Shown here one piece after another: positions 9,987 to 19,570 of a DNA stretch of 64,000 nucleotides; the stretch's first letter is position 1, and every line of letters starts with the position of its first letter. Made by a program: the position numbers and the translations under genes. Location of the stretch: contig CAXNJO010000003.1 in the NCBI GenBank assembly GCA_964202905.1, forward strand, positions 704,001 through 768,000, read 5' to 3'. The stretch comes from Polyangiales bacterium (lineage in GTDB: Bacteria > Myxococcota_A > Polyangia > Polyangiales > JADJQN01). The notes under the pieces are model-generated. The model saw only the letters and a program-made list of their open reading frames with translations. It did not search any database and was not told where the DNA came from.

Positions 9987-10006
9987 TCATGACGATCGCG
10001 TCATGA
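9987..10006. promoter_or_regulatory. perfect palindrome, putative operator in a divergent promoter region
   Basis: TCATGACG-ATCG-CGTCATGA between deacetylase paralog 2 and the divergent gene at 10060. Confidence 0.5.
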
Positions 10007-10059
10007 ATGCGTTCGGAGACGGATCGCGCGCCGGGCCGTCGTCGTATCCTCGAGATCGC

Positions 10060-10887
10060 ATGTCGATCTCGCCGCCGCGCCCGCGTTTCCCCGCGCGACT
10101 CCACGTACTCCTCGCGACGAGCGCGCCGTTGGGCGTGGTCATCCGTCGCGGTCCCGCGGGCAAGGTGGCCACGCTGCTGTGGCACCGCGAGCGCGACACC
10201 TTCGAACTCGGTCAATGGCTCAAAGGCCGCATCTACGAGCGACGATGCGACCTCTCACCCGACGGCAAGCACCTGATCTATTTCGCGATGAGCGGGCACT
10301 GGGAGTCCGAGGCCCGTGGTGCCTGGACGGCGATCAGCCGAGCGCCGTACCTGAAGGCTCTCGCGCTCTTCGCCAAGGGCGATTGCTGGCACGGCGGGGG
10401 CCTCTTCACGGACGAGACACACTACTGGCTCAACGACGGCTACGGGCACCAGGTCATCCGCGACACCCGAGCCGTGACGCGCGATCGCGACCACCGCCCC
10501 TCGCCGAGTTTCGGCGGTGAGTGTCCGGGCGTGTACGTCCATCGGCTGAGGCGTGACGGCTGGACGTTCGTCGAGCACATGCGCTCCGTCGATGTGTTCG
10601 AGCGCCCGCTCGACCATGGCTGGCGCCTGCGCAAGCTCGCGCATGCGGAGGTCCGCCGGGAGCCCGGCAAGGGCTGCTACTGGGACGAGCACGCGCTGCT
10701 CGCACCGAACGGGGACGTCACCTCACTCCCCGACTGGGAGTGGGCCGATCTCGATCGTGGGCGCGTGGTGTGGGCCCGGGGCGGCAAACTCTGGAGCGCG
10801 CGGATCGAGCGCAGCGGGCTCGTGCGCGAGAAGCAGCTCTTCGACTTCGACGGTATGCGCTTTCAAGCGGTCCCCGCGCCCTACTGA
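10060..10887 (+). CDS. hypothetical Trp-rich protein, possibly beta-propeller-like
   Basis: coding-like composition; GQWLKGRIYERRCDLSPDG segment; function not recognised. Confidence 0.75.
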   Translation: MSISPPRPRFPARLHVLLATSAPLGVVIRRGPAGKVATLLWHRERDTFELGQWLKGRIYERRCDLSPDGKHLIYFAMSGHWESEARGAWTAISRAPYLKALALFAKGDCWHGGGLFTDETHYWLNDGYGHQVIRDTRAVTRDRDHRPSPSFGGECPGVYVHRLRRDGWTFVEHMRSVDVFERPLDHGWRLRKLAHAEVRREPGKGCYWDEHALLAPNGDVTSLPDWEWADLDRGRVVWARGGKLWSARIERSGLVREKQLFDFDGMRFQAVPAPY

Positions 10888-10999
10888 GAGCTCAGGATTC
10901 ACCGCATTGGATGGTTCCTGCTTGGGCGATGGGGTCGCGTCGTCGGATGCAGGTTCGAACACCGCCGTGACGGCCGCAGCACGACGGACTCACACCGAC

Positions 11000-11404
11000 T
11001 CAGACGAACGGATCGAGAAGGCGGACGCCGGTTCCCCGGAAGTCTCGAATGTTCCGGGTCACGAGCGTGTGGTCGCCGGACAGCGCACACGCGGCCACCA
11101 GCGCGTCGGGCTGGGAGAGTGCCTGTCCGTGATTCGCGGCGTCCGCGCGGAGTTGGCCCGCGACGCGTGCCACGCGCACGTCGATCGCGACGATGGTCGG
11201 ACGAGAAGCGAGCAGCGCTTCGAGCCACGCAACGAGGCGCGCACGCGAAGTCGGTGGGGCGCGCATCACGACGAAGCTGAGTTCGTCCACCGTGATCGCG
11301 CTCAGGGTCAGGCCCGTTTGAGCCTCGTGCCATGCGAGCGCGCCGGGGTTCGGGCGACGCTTCGTCAGCTCGGAAACGACGTTCGTATCGACCAGGAAGG
11401 TCAT
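11000..11404 (-). CDS. vapC: PIN-domain toxin (VapC family)
   Basis: FLVDTNVVSE...DALVAACA...LVTRNIRDF. Confidence 0.9.
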   Translation of the reverse strand: MTFLVDTNVVSELTKRRPNPGALAWHEAQTGLTLSAITVDELSFVVMRAPPTSRARLVAWLEALLASRPTIVAIDVRVARVAGQLRADAANHGQALSQPDALVAACALSGDHTLVTRNIRDFRGTGVRLLDPFV

Positions 11405-11694
11405 CGCCCGCCAAGCCTCGGGGCCGGGCGTCCGCGGCGCTTGGGCAGGGGCAGCGAAGCGCCTCCTTCCTCCCGAAGGCGGGCCGACGCTGCGAGAAAA
11501 TTCCGCCAAGCCTCCGGGGGACGACCCTCTGCCTGACACATCCGCTCGAATCGCTCGCTGTCGACGATGACAGCCACCACACGGCCCCGGTTTGCGATGG
11601 GCTGTGCCTCACCGGTCTCCCGCGCAGCCGCGACCATCTCGGAAAGGTGCGCCTTCGCCTCGACGATGCTCCGGGGTTCCACGGCTCGCTTCAT
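11401..11694 (-). CDS. Phd/YefM-family antitoxin
   Basis: SIVEAKAHLSEMV...IANRGRVVAVIV; ATGA overlap with the toxin start. Confidence 0.85.
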   Translation of the reverse strand: MKRAVEPRSIVEAKAHLSEMVAAARETGEAQPIANRGRVVAVIVDSERFERMCQAEGRPPEAWRNFLAASARLREEGGASLPLPKRRGRPAPRLGGR

Positions 11695-11731
11695 GGACCA
11701 GTTCCTGACGGAATCTGGACCAACTCGCAAC

Positions 11732-11982
11732 GCCCGCCTGGCCATCCCCCCACCCACCGCGCCCATTACCGACCAACCAACGTCACGCATCTCACCGGCT
11801 GAAGCCGTCGCTGACCTGCCCGCCTCGCCATCCCCCCACCCACCGCGCCCATCACCCACCAACGCCACGCAGCTCACCGGCTGAAGCCGTCGCTGACCTG
11901 CCCGCCTCGCCATTCCCCCAACCCACCGCGCCCATCACCCACCAACGCCACGCAGCACACCGGCTGAAGCCGCCGATGACCT
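11732..11982. repeat. three tandem ~82-86 bp units, each with a CGGC-TGAA-GCCG hairpin
   Basis: units start at 11732, 11818 and 11900; near-identical throughout; C/A-rich on + strand. Confidence 0.9.
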
Positions 11983-12004
11983 GACGCCCTCGCCGAAGCG
12001 CCAT

Positions 12005-12073
12005 CGCCTGTCGCGCCCCCTCCGAAAACTCCCCTCCCCTCCCGAAGGGAGGGAGGGGCCGGGGGTGGGAGGG
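12005..12073 (-). repeat. REP-like palindromic element, copy 3 (inverted)
   Basis: reverse complement CCCTCCCACCCCCGGCCCCTCCCTCCCTTCGGGAGGGGAGGGG...TTCGGAGGGGGCGCGACAGGCG. Confidence 0.7.
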
Positions 12074-12081
12074 AAAAAGCT

Positions 12082-13002
12082 TTAGCACCGCGGCGTCCCC
12101 GTCCCCGGCGGCCGCGTGGCGCGGGCGAGGGGCTCGGGGATCGCGTTCCAGCCACGGACGGGGGCGAGGCGGTTGACGTGGCGACGCAGGAAGCCGGGGA
12201 TGACCTCCTTGTGCGCGCGGTCGATGCGCTCGGGGTGCTCGATGGTGCGCATCATGCGCTCGTGCGTGAGGTGGCCGTACGTCTCTTTGAAGGCCGCCTC
12301 CGACTCGGGCTTGTCGATCCACACGCGGATGCCGGCGCGGTCGGCCTCGGGGTGGAAGAGCGTGGTCTCGATGCCGGGGCCGATGTGGAGGGAGGTGATG
12401 CTCTCGCCCTTGTCGTTCGCGCCGGGGCGGCTCTCGGCCGCGAGGACGGCGCCGGAGAGGGCGGCGAGCTTCGCGGCGTCGGGCTCGAGCGCGTCCCAGT
12501 TGCGGTGTTCGAAGGCGAAGATGCGGTCCTTGAACATCGCGAGGAGCGGGTGCGCCTGGCCCGCGGCCGTCGTGTACTGGGGCTGCACGCCGAACTTCTT
12601 CTCGGCGCGGTGCGCGAGGCGCGCGACGCCGAAGTGCAGGACGATCAGCTCGAAGGAGTAGCAGATGGGCATCAGGCCCGGCGCGTCCTCACGGCGGCGG
12701 TCGTGGGCCTCGTAGAGCGAATCGAGGAAGGTGCCGTACGCGGCCCCCCACGGGGTGCCCAGCGAGTCGAGCGGCGAGCCGGGGCCGCCCGACGAGAGGT
12801 AGACGTCGTGGCCCTCGGGGATCGCGTCGCCCTTGTCGCGCGGGGACACCGCCGTGAGGTCGACCGCGACGCCGGGGTTCGCGTAGCGGAGCTGGCGCTC
12901 GAAGATCGCGAGCGTCGCGTGCAGACAGCGGATCGCCTCGTTCTTGACGCCGGCGTTCATGTCGATGAGGCAGACACGGACGGGCGGGGGTGCAGCAGGC
13001 AT
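12082..13002 (-). CDS. class I glutamine amidotransferase-like protein
   Basis: SGGPGSP, nucleophile ICYSFE, FHPEA His-Glu pair. Confidence 0.8.
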   Translation of the reverse strand: MPAAPPPVRVCLIDMNAGVKNEAIRCLHATLAIFERQLRYANPGVAVDLTAVSPRDKGDAIPEGHDVYLSSGGPGSPLDSLGTPWGAAYGTFLDSLYEAHDRRREDAPGLMPICYSFELIVLHFGVARLAHRAEKKFGVQPQYTTAAGQAHPLLAMFKDRIFAFEHRNWDALEPDAAKLAALSGAVLAAESRPGANDKGESITSLHIGPGIETTLFHPEADRAGIRVWIDKPESEAAFKETYGHLTHERMMRTIEHPERIDRAHKEVIPGFLRRHVNRLAPVRGWNAIPEPLARATRPPGTGTPRC

Positions 13003-13162
13003 CGGGCGCGCGACCGTACTGCATCCGGGCGTCGATCGCGAGAACGACGCGCGGCGCGCAGGCGTCGGACGTGGCGCGGGTGCAGGACGCGCGGCGTGCG
13101 TGCGTGACGATCGCGTGGCATGGCCGCGGCGTTTCAGAGCTCCAGCAACGGCGAGGTACGGC

Positions 13163-15084
13163 ATGAAGCGGTTCGGGACGAGTGGGTGTGTGATCCTCCT
13201 GGCGCTCGCGGGCGCGGTCGGTTGTGGCGGCCGCGAGCGCGGCGTGGTGCTGCCCGACAGCGGGTTCCCAGGCCTCGACGCGGCGGTCGACAGTGGTGCG
13301 ACCGATAGCGGCGCGACCGATGGCAGTGCAGCGGACGGCGGCGCGAGCGATGGCGGCCCGGCGGACGGCGGTACAAGCGGATGGCGGCCCGGTCGACAGC
13401 GGTGCAAGCGATGGCGGCGCGGCGCGATGGCGGCGCGCGCGATGGCGGCGCGCGCGATGGCGGCGCGGCGGACGCGGGCCTGGTCGACGCGGGACCCATC
13501 GAGGTCGTGTTGCGCATCGACACGCTGGGCAGGACCGGTTGCACGACGGTCGATCACGACGCGGTCACGGGCGACGATCACGGCGGGGTCGCCGTGTCGG
13601 GGCGCAGCGTGTTCGTCGTCGGCGATGACGCGACGGGCATCTACGACCTCGACCTCGCGTCGGGGGTACCCATCGCCTCGGACCCGCCCGCGCTCGTCGA
13701 CAACGCGCGCGACGTGATGGTGAGCGACGTCGGCAGCGGCGGCGCCTTCTTGCTCGCGGATGACACGGGGCCGATCGGGCCGATCGACCGCTTTTTGGGG
13801 CTGACGCCGACGTTGACGCGCCTGCTCCCGATGGGTGCGGACGGCGGGCCAGCGACGGGCGAGGTCGTGCTCTCGACGCCCATCGCGCTCGACGCCTCGC
13901 TCGACGTCGGGCTCTTCGCGGGGCGCGGCGAGATCGGCATCCACGACGGCTCACTCTTCTTTATAATCAACACCGCGACGGGCACCGTCACGGAGCTCGG
14001 CCTCGTGACGCTGCCGCGGCCCTCGACCTGCGAGAACTGGGCGTACTGGGGCCTGCTCGAGCGCGTCGGCGCGACGCGCAGCGTGGTCTTCGTGCAGAGC
14101 GGCGGCCTCGATCCGAACGAGCTCGTGCGTGTCGACGTCCCGAGCGGCGCGGTCTCGCCGCTGCCCAGCCTCGGCGGCCTCGACGACATGTGCTCGATCG
14201 CGGCGGACACGATGCGCGGGCGCTGGTACTTCCACCACGAGGGCAGCTCGGATCTCGTGACGACGGGCAGCGAGATCCTCGGCTACTGCGACGCGACGTA
14301 CGCGCTCAGCGGCAGCGATTTCGCCGTGACGGAGCTCGCCGGGACGGGCTGCATGGGCATCGACGGGATCGATACCCTCATCGGCGACGACCGGGGCGGC
14401 ATCGCGCTGCGCAACGGCGACGTCTTCCTCGCGGGGGACACGGGGCTCGGCCGCTGGGACGGAGCGCTCGGCATGCCTGCGACTTCGGCAAGCAATGCCA
14501 TCGTCTACGAGGGCATCTTCTCGAACATCGCGACGGGCGAGGTGTGGTCACTCGCCGACGCGGGCGGCGCGCTCGTTTCGTCGTCGTCGACGACGGTGAC
14601 GCGCCTCGTGAAGCTCGACCCGGACACGGCGCTCGCGACGCGCGAAGAGATCGCGTTGTCGCGGCCGATCGACGTGTTCACCGGCGACCTCGGGGTCTTC
14701 GCAGGCTGGGACGAGGTGCTGTTGCACGACGGAGCGCGTGTGTGGCGCGTCGCGCTGCCGAGCGGCGCGGTGACCGATCTGGGCGCGCTGACGCTGACGC
14801 CGCGGAGTTTCTGTGAGTCGAACACCTTCTGGGGCGTCGCGGAGAACTTCGGCGGCAAGTCCTACCTGACGCTCGTCGACGGCAACGACGTGGTGCGCGT
14901 CGAGGTGCCGGGCGGGCGGCGCACGACCGTCGCCACCTTCGGCGACCTCTCGGACATGTGCTCGTTCACGCTGTCGGCCGCGCTCAACCGCTGGTACTTC
15001 CACCACGAGGGCGGGTCGGACCTCACGACGGGCTCGCCTGAAGAGACGCTCGGCTACTGCCCGGCGACGCTCACGCACCGCTGA
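13163..15084 (+). CDS. large lipoprotein with Asp-Gly-Gly linker and duplicated Cys-containing domain; two apparent frameshifts near 13380 and 13422
   Basis: signal peptide ending AVGC; D-G-G repeats spread over three frames; two copies of GDD.GG.A...CE...WG...DMCS...RWYFHHEG.SDL...LGYC. Confidence 0.75.
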
Positions 15085-15180
15085 GCGAGCGGATCGACCG
15101 CGCGGGGCGCGAGCGGGGCGCCCGGCTACGGATATTCTGTGCACGCGCGGCGCGGCGCGCTGTACAAGGATCGCACCCCG

Positions 15181-16308
15181 ATGCCGTCCGACAGCAAGCA
15201 CCCCGCGCGCCCGGTCGCGACGCGCCTCGACGCCGACGACCGCTACACCGGCCGCGGCGTCACGATCGCCTTTCTCGACTCGGGTTTCTACGCGCACCCG
15301 GACCTGACCGCGACGCGGCACCGCATCAAGGCGCACCACGACGTCACGACGGGCGTGACGCTCAAGCGCGCGGTGCCGAAGCCGGACGTCTCCTCGTGGC
15401 ACGGCATGATGACCTCGGTCGTCTGCGCGGGGGATGGCTCGCTCTCGGGCGGCAAGTACCGCGGCCTCGCCTCGCAGGCCGACCTCGTCCTCGTGAAGGT
15501 CGGCACCTCGGCGCGCATCCGCCACGAGGACATCCAAAAGGGTTTCGAGTGGATCCGCGCGAACCGCGAGGCCTTCGGCATCCAGATCATCAACGTGTCG
15601 TGCGGCGGCGACTGGGAAGCCAGCTACCTCACGGATCCGCTCTCGCGCATCGCGGAAGAGTGCGTGCGTGAGGGGCTCGTCGTCGTCGCAGCCGCAGGAA
15701 ACTCGGGCGATCAGCGCGGGCACCGCGTGCTGCCGCCAGCCAACTCCCCCGCCGTGATCACGGTGGGCGGCCTCGACGACGCCAAGCACGGGCAGCTCGA
15801 TCGGCGCGGGCTCTACCACTCGTCGCACGGGCCCACGAGCGACGGCTTGCAGAAGCCCGAGATCATCGCGCCCGCGATCTGGGTCGCCGCGCCGATCCTG
15901 CCGGGCACGCCCACCGCCGAGCAGGCGAAACTCATCGCGGACCTCTCGCGCACCGAGGACGACGACACGCTGCGCGCGATCCTGCACGCGAGCGGCGGGG
16001 TCGACGCCGAGCTCGACGCGCTGCGCGAGGCGCCCGGGCCGACGCTGCGCAGCCTCGTCGAGCTGAAGCGACGCGATCAGAAGGTCATCAACGAGCACTA
16101 CAAGCACGTCGACGGCACGAGCTTCGCCGCCCCGATCGTGACGTCGGCGGTGGCGCAGTTGCTCGAGGCGCGCCCCTCGCTGACGCCCATGGAGATCAAG
16201 CGCGTGCTGATCGACACCGCGGCGCGCATCGAGGACGTGAGCCCGGACAAGCAGGGCTGGGGCATCGTACAGCCAGCCTCCGCGCTGCAGCGCGTGCTCG
16301 GGCGCTGA
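15181..16308 (+). CDS. S8 (subtilisin-family) serine protease, AprX-like, no signal peptide
   Basis: FLDSG, WHGMMT, AAGNSG, GTSFAAP catalytic motifs. Confidence 0.9.
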   Translation: MPSDSKHPARPVATRLDADDRYTGRGVTIAFLDSGFYAHPDLTATRHRIKAHHDVTTGVTLKRAVPKPDVSSWHGMMTSVVCAGDGSLSGGKYRGLASQADLVLVKVGTSARIRHEDIQKGFEWIRANREAFGIQIINVSCGGDWEASYLTDPLSRIAEECVREGLVVVAAAGNSGDQRGHRVLPPANSPAVITVGGLDDAKHGQLDRRGLYHSSHGPTSDGLQKPEIIAPAIWVAAPILPGTPTAEQAKLIADLSRTEDDDTLRAILHASGGVDAELDALREAPGPTLRSLVELKRRDQKVINEHYKHVDGTSFAAPIVTSAVAQLLEARPSLTPMEIKRVLIDTAARIEDVSPDKQGWGIVQPASALQRVLGR

Positions 16309-16357
16309 CCGCCCCTACCGCACTTTTTCCAAGGTTTTTTGGCCTTTTCGGCGCGGT

Positions 16358-17290
16358 TCACGGCGGCGCTGGGCCCGCGACGTCGGGTGCGCTCGCCGGG
16401 TCGGGGGTCGTCGCCGCGACGAGGGCCGCGACGAGCAGCAGCGCGCCGCCAGCGCCGAGCTGCCAGCGCCACACGTCACGCGCGAAGAGCAGCGAGAGGC
16501 CCGCGGCGACCGCGGGCTCGAGCGTGTAGAGGACGCTCGCCTCGACGGGCGCGACGACCGTCTGCGCGCGCGTCATCACGGTGAAGGTGAGCGCGGTGCA
16601 GACGACGCCGAGGTAGGCGACGGCGAGCAGCGTGGGCGCGGCGAACGCGAAGCGCGGCGTCTCGAAGACGAGCGCGCACGGCACCGCGAGCGCGGCGATG
16701 CCGAGCGACTGCGCGAGCACGAGCGCGACGGCGTCGAAGCGCGGCGCGGCGCGCGCGACGGCGGAGACGTAGTAGCCGAAGGTGACGGCCGAGAGCAGCG
16801 TGAGCGTGTCGCCGAGCCGCCACTCGAGGCCGACGGGGTGAAAGAGCGCGAACACGCCGAGCGAGGCGAGCAGCACCGCGCCGAGCACGCGTGGGGACGG
16901 GGCGCGGCGCGTGTAGAGCACCTCGAAACCGGGCACGAAGACGACCATCAACGACGTGAGGAAGGCCGAGCGCGCGGGCGTCGTCGTCTGCAGGCCTGCC
17001 GTCTGCAGGCCGAAGCTGAGCAGCATCGTGAGCGTGAGCGGCAGCGCGGGGACGGTGGCGCGGAGCGCGGGCACGAGCGCGCGCGGGCGGAAGGCGACGA
17101 GGGCCGCGGCCGCGATCGCGAAGCGCACGGCGATGAGCGCGAAGGGGCTCGCCCCGCCGAGGCCGGCCTCGATGACGACGAAGGTCGAGCCCCAGAGGAC
17201 CGTGAGCAGCACGAGCGCGATGCGCGCGCGGGCGAGCGTCGGCGCGCCTGCCGCGGGGCGCGCAGGGAGCGACGCGACGGGCGCGCTCAA
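16358..17290 (-). CDS. EamA/DMT-family transporter
   Basis: LWGSTFVVI, about 10 TM helices, LYTLEP; TTG start overlaps the upstream stop. Confidence 0.85.
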   Translation of the reverse strand: MSAPVASLPARPAAGAPTLARARIALVLLTVLWGSTFVVIEAGLGGASPFALIAVRFAIAAAALVAFRPRALVPALRATVPALPLTLTMLLSFGLQTAGLQTTTPARSAFLTSLMVVFVPGFEVLYTRRAPSPRVLGAVLLASLGVFALFHPVGLEWRLGDTLTLLSAVTFGYYVSAVARAAPRFDAVALVLAQSLGIAALAVPCALVFETPRFAFAAPTLLAVAYLGVVCTALTFTVMTRAQTVVAPVEASVLYTLEPAVAAGLSLLFARDVWRWQLGAGGALLLVAALVAATTPDPASAPDVAGPAPP

Positions 17291-18451
17291 GAACGCTCGC
17301 CCCGGTGCAGCGCGAGGACCTCGGCGTACACCGCGAGGAAGCGCTCGAACACCGGGTCCCAACCGTGGCGCGCGGCGATGACCGCGTGGCGGCGGGCGCG
17401 CTCGGCGGCGTCCGCGGGGCGCGCCTCGCGGATCGCGCGCACGAGACCGTCGATCGACTCGCCCTGCATGGGCGCGAGGCCGACGAGGCGCGCGAGCTCC
17501 GGGGCTGCGCCGCGATCGCGTGTGACGACCGTCGTGCCGGTCGCGAGGGCCTCCGCGGTGAGCAGTCCGAAGGTCTCGCCGCCGCTCAACGAGAGCACGA
17601 CGTCGGCGCTCGCGAGGAGCGCGGCGACGCGCAGCGGGTCGGGCTCGTACGGCAGGCGGATGACCTCGGGGAACGCGCGCACGAGCGCGTCGACGCGGCC
17701 CGCGAGCGGGCCATGACCACCGATCGCGAGGCGGAAGCGCGATGGATCACGGAGCGCGGGATACGCGGCGAGCACGTGGTGCAGGCCCTTCTCGGGGACG
17801 AGCCGCGCGAGGAAGAGCACGAGCGTCACGCCGGGCGGCACACCGAGCTGCGCGCGGAGCGATTCGTCGCGGCGGGCGGGGTGGAAGCGCGCGAGATCGA
17901 CGCCGAGCGGTGTGAGAAACGTGTGCCGTGACGCCGCCCGCGCGGAGCCGCGCGAGCGAGTGCTCGGACGCGCCGAGGGCGGCCGTGAAGCCGCGGTACT
18001 GGAAGCCCACGTGGCGCTCGGCGAGGCGCTCGGCGCGCGCGGCGAGGCGCGCGCCCACGTAGGCGAGCGGCTGGCGCGCGAAGAGCTCGGGATAGTCGGT
18101 GTGGAAGAAGCCCACCGACGCCGCGCCGACGCGCGCGAGCGCGGGCCGTAGGAGGTGCGGGAGCAGGTACGGGCTGCCGACCTCGACGAGCTCGGGGCGG
18201 AAGCCCTCGATCGCGCGCGCGAGCGCCCGCGGCGAGAGCATCGCGCGGTAGCCCGCGCCGACGGGCACGCCGCGCAGGCGGATGAGGTGCGCGCGCGGCC
18301 CGTGCGACTCGACCTCGTCGCGCGCGCCCGGAATGACGAGCGCGTAATCGTGCTCGGCGCGGGACGCGAAGAAGGCGAGCTTGCGGTCGTGGTAGGTACG
18401 GATGCCGCCGCCCGTCGGCGAATAGCCGTTGTCGACGTCGAGAATCCGCAT
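17287..18451 (-). CDS. GT4 glycosyltransferase; apparent frameshift near 17925
   Basis: YSPTGGGIRTY in one frame; LGVD...RLVPEKG...ETFGLLTAEALA in another. Confidence 0.8.
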
Positions 18452-18500
18452 GGCGCGGCGGGTGTAGCACGCGGCGCGGGGCAGCCGCGGGGCGCGGGCG

Positions 18501-19559
18501 TCACCGCAGGATCGTTGCGGCTCCGAGCGTTCGGCGCGCGTCGAGGAGGCGCGCGACACAGGCGAGCGCGACCTCGTCCACGGGCGGCAGCGCGGACGCG
18601 AGGTCGACGCACGCGAAGCCGCCCTCGCCGGCGCGACGCGCGAAGCTGCGCACGACCTCGGCGTCGAGCGCGTCGAGGCGCGACGCGACACCGACGCCCG
18701 CCTGCGCGACGAGCGCGGCGTTGAGCGCCTGCTCGTGATGGCGTCCCGTGTGCAGCGCCAGCATCGGGCGACGCGCGAGCACGCACTCGGCGAGCACGTT
18801 GCTGCCCGCCGTCGCGACGACGCCCGCAGCGCGCGCGAGGTGCGCCGCGAAGCGCGCACGCGACACCGGCTCGACGCGCACGCGGCCGCGCGGCGCGAGG
18901 CCTTCGCCGAACACCACGACGTCGACGTCGGCCGCAGCGAGACGATCGAGCGTCGCACCGCGATCCCCGTCCGACAGATAAGCCAATAGATACGGGCATG
19001 TAGGCGCCTCGATGCCGCTCGTCTCGACACGCTCCGGGGGGCGCGGGCGCGCAACGAGCGTACCCGGTCGTGCGGGCGCGATCGGGAGGAAGTGCACGGC
19101 GATGCGCGCATCGCTGAGGCGCGTCGGGACGAGTGAATTCGCGCGCTCACGGGCGAGGCTCAGGGCGGGCAGGCCGGGGGGCAGCGCGCACGCGGAGAAG
19201 ACGAGGTCGTGTCCGATCGCGAGCGAGCGCACCCCCGCCATGCGCGCAGCGAGCAGCAGCGCCTGGTCGCCGTCGCTGATCACGAGCGCGGGGCGCGCCT
19301 TCCGCAGCCGCCGGAAGTCGGCCTGTGCGCGCCCGAGCAGCGTAGGGATGGCGTCCGGCCCGGGGAGGATCGGCGTGCGCGGTGTGAGCGTGACGGCGTC
19401 GCGCGAGGCGTCGACGAGCTCGGTGAGCAGCGAGAGTCCATCGCCGCCGGCGAACAGCGCAACGCGATGCCCCGCCCCGACGAGCCGCGCGACGACCGCG
19501 CGCGCACGGCTCGCGTGGCCGCGCCCGTGGCCGTGCACGGCGTAGACGATCGACGCCAC
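18501..19559 (-). CDS. GT-B glycosyltransferase (MJ1255/GT28-like)
   Basis: IVYAVHGHGRGHASR, VISD, TAG...E, HEQALNA. Confidence 0.8.
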   Translation of the reverse strand: MASIVYAVHGHGRGHASRARAVVARLVGAGHRVALFAGGDGLSLLTELVDASRDAVTLTPRTPILPGPDAIPTLLGRAQADFRRLRKARPALVISDGDQALLLAARMAGVRSLAIGHDLVFSACALPPGLPALSLARERANSLVPTRLSDARIAVHFLPIAPARPGTLVARPRPPERVETSGIEAPTCPYLLAYLSDGDRGATLDRLAAADVDVVVFGEGLAPRGRVRVEPVSRARFAAHLARAAGVVATAGSNVLAECVLARRPMLALHTGRHHEQALNAALVAQAGVGVASRLDALDAEVVRSFARRAGEGGFACVDLASALPPVDEVALACVARLLDARRTLGAATILR

Positions 19560-19570
19560 CGCAGGGCCGC

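Noticed and set aside
11732..11982. possible CRISPR array
   Set aside because: Units are similar along their whole length with no unique spacers, and no cas genes are present.
1470..12080. prophage, ICE or IS element
   Set aside because: No integrase, transposase, phage structural gene, tRNA target or flanking direct repeat was recognised.
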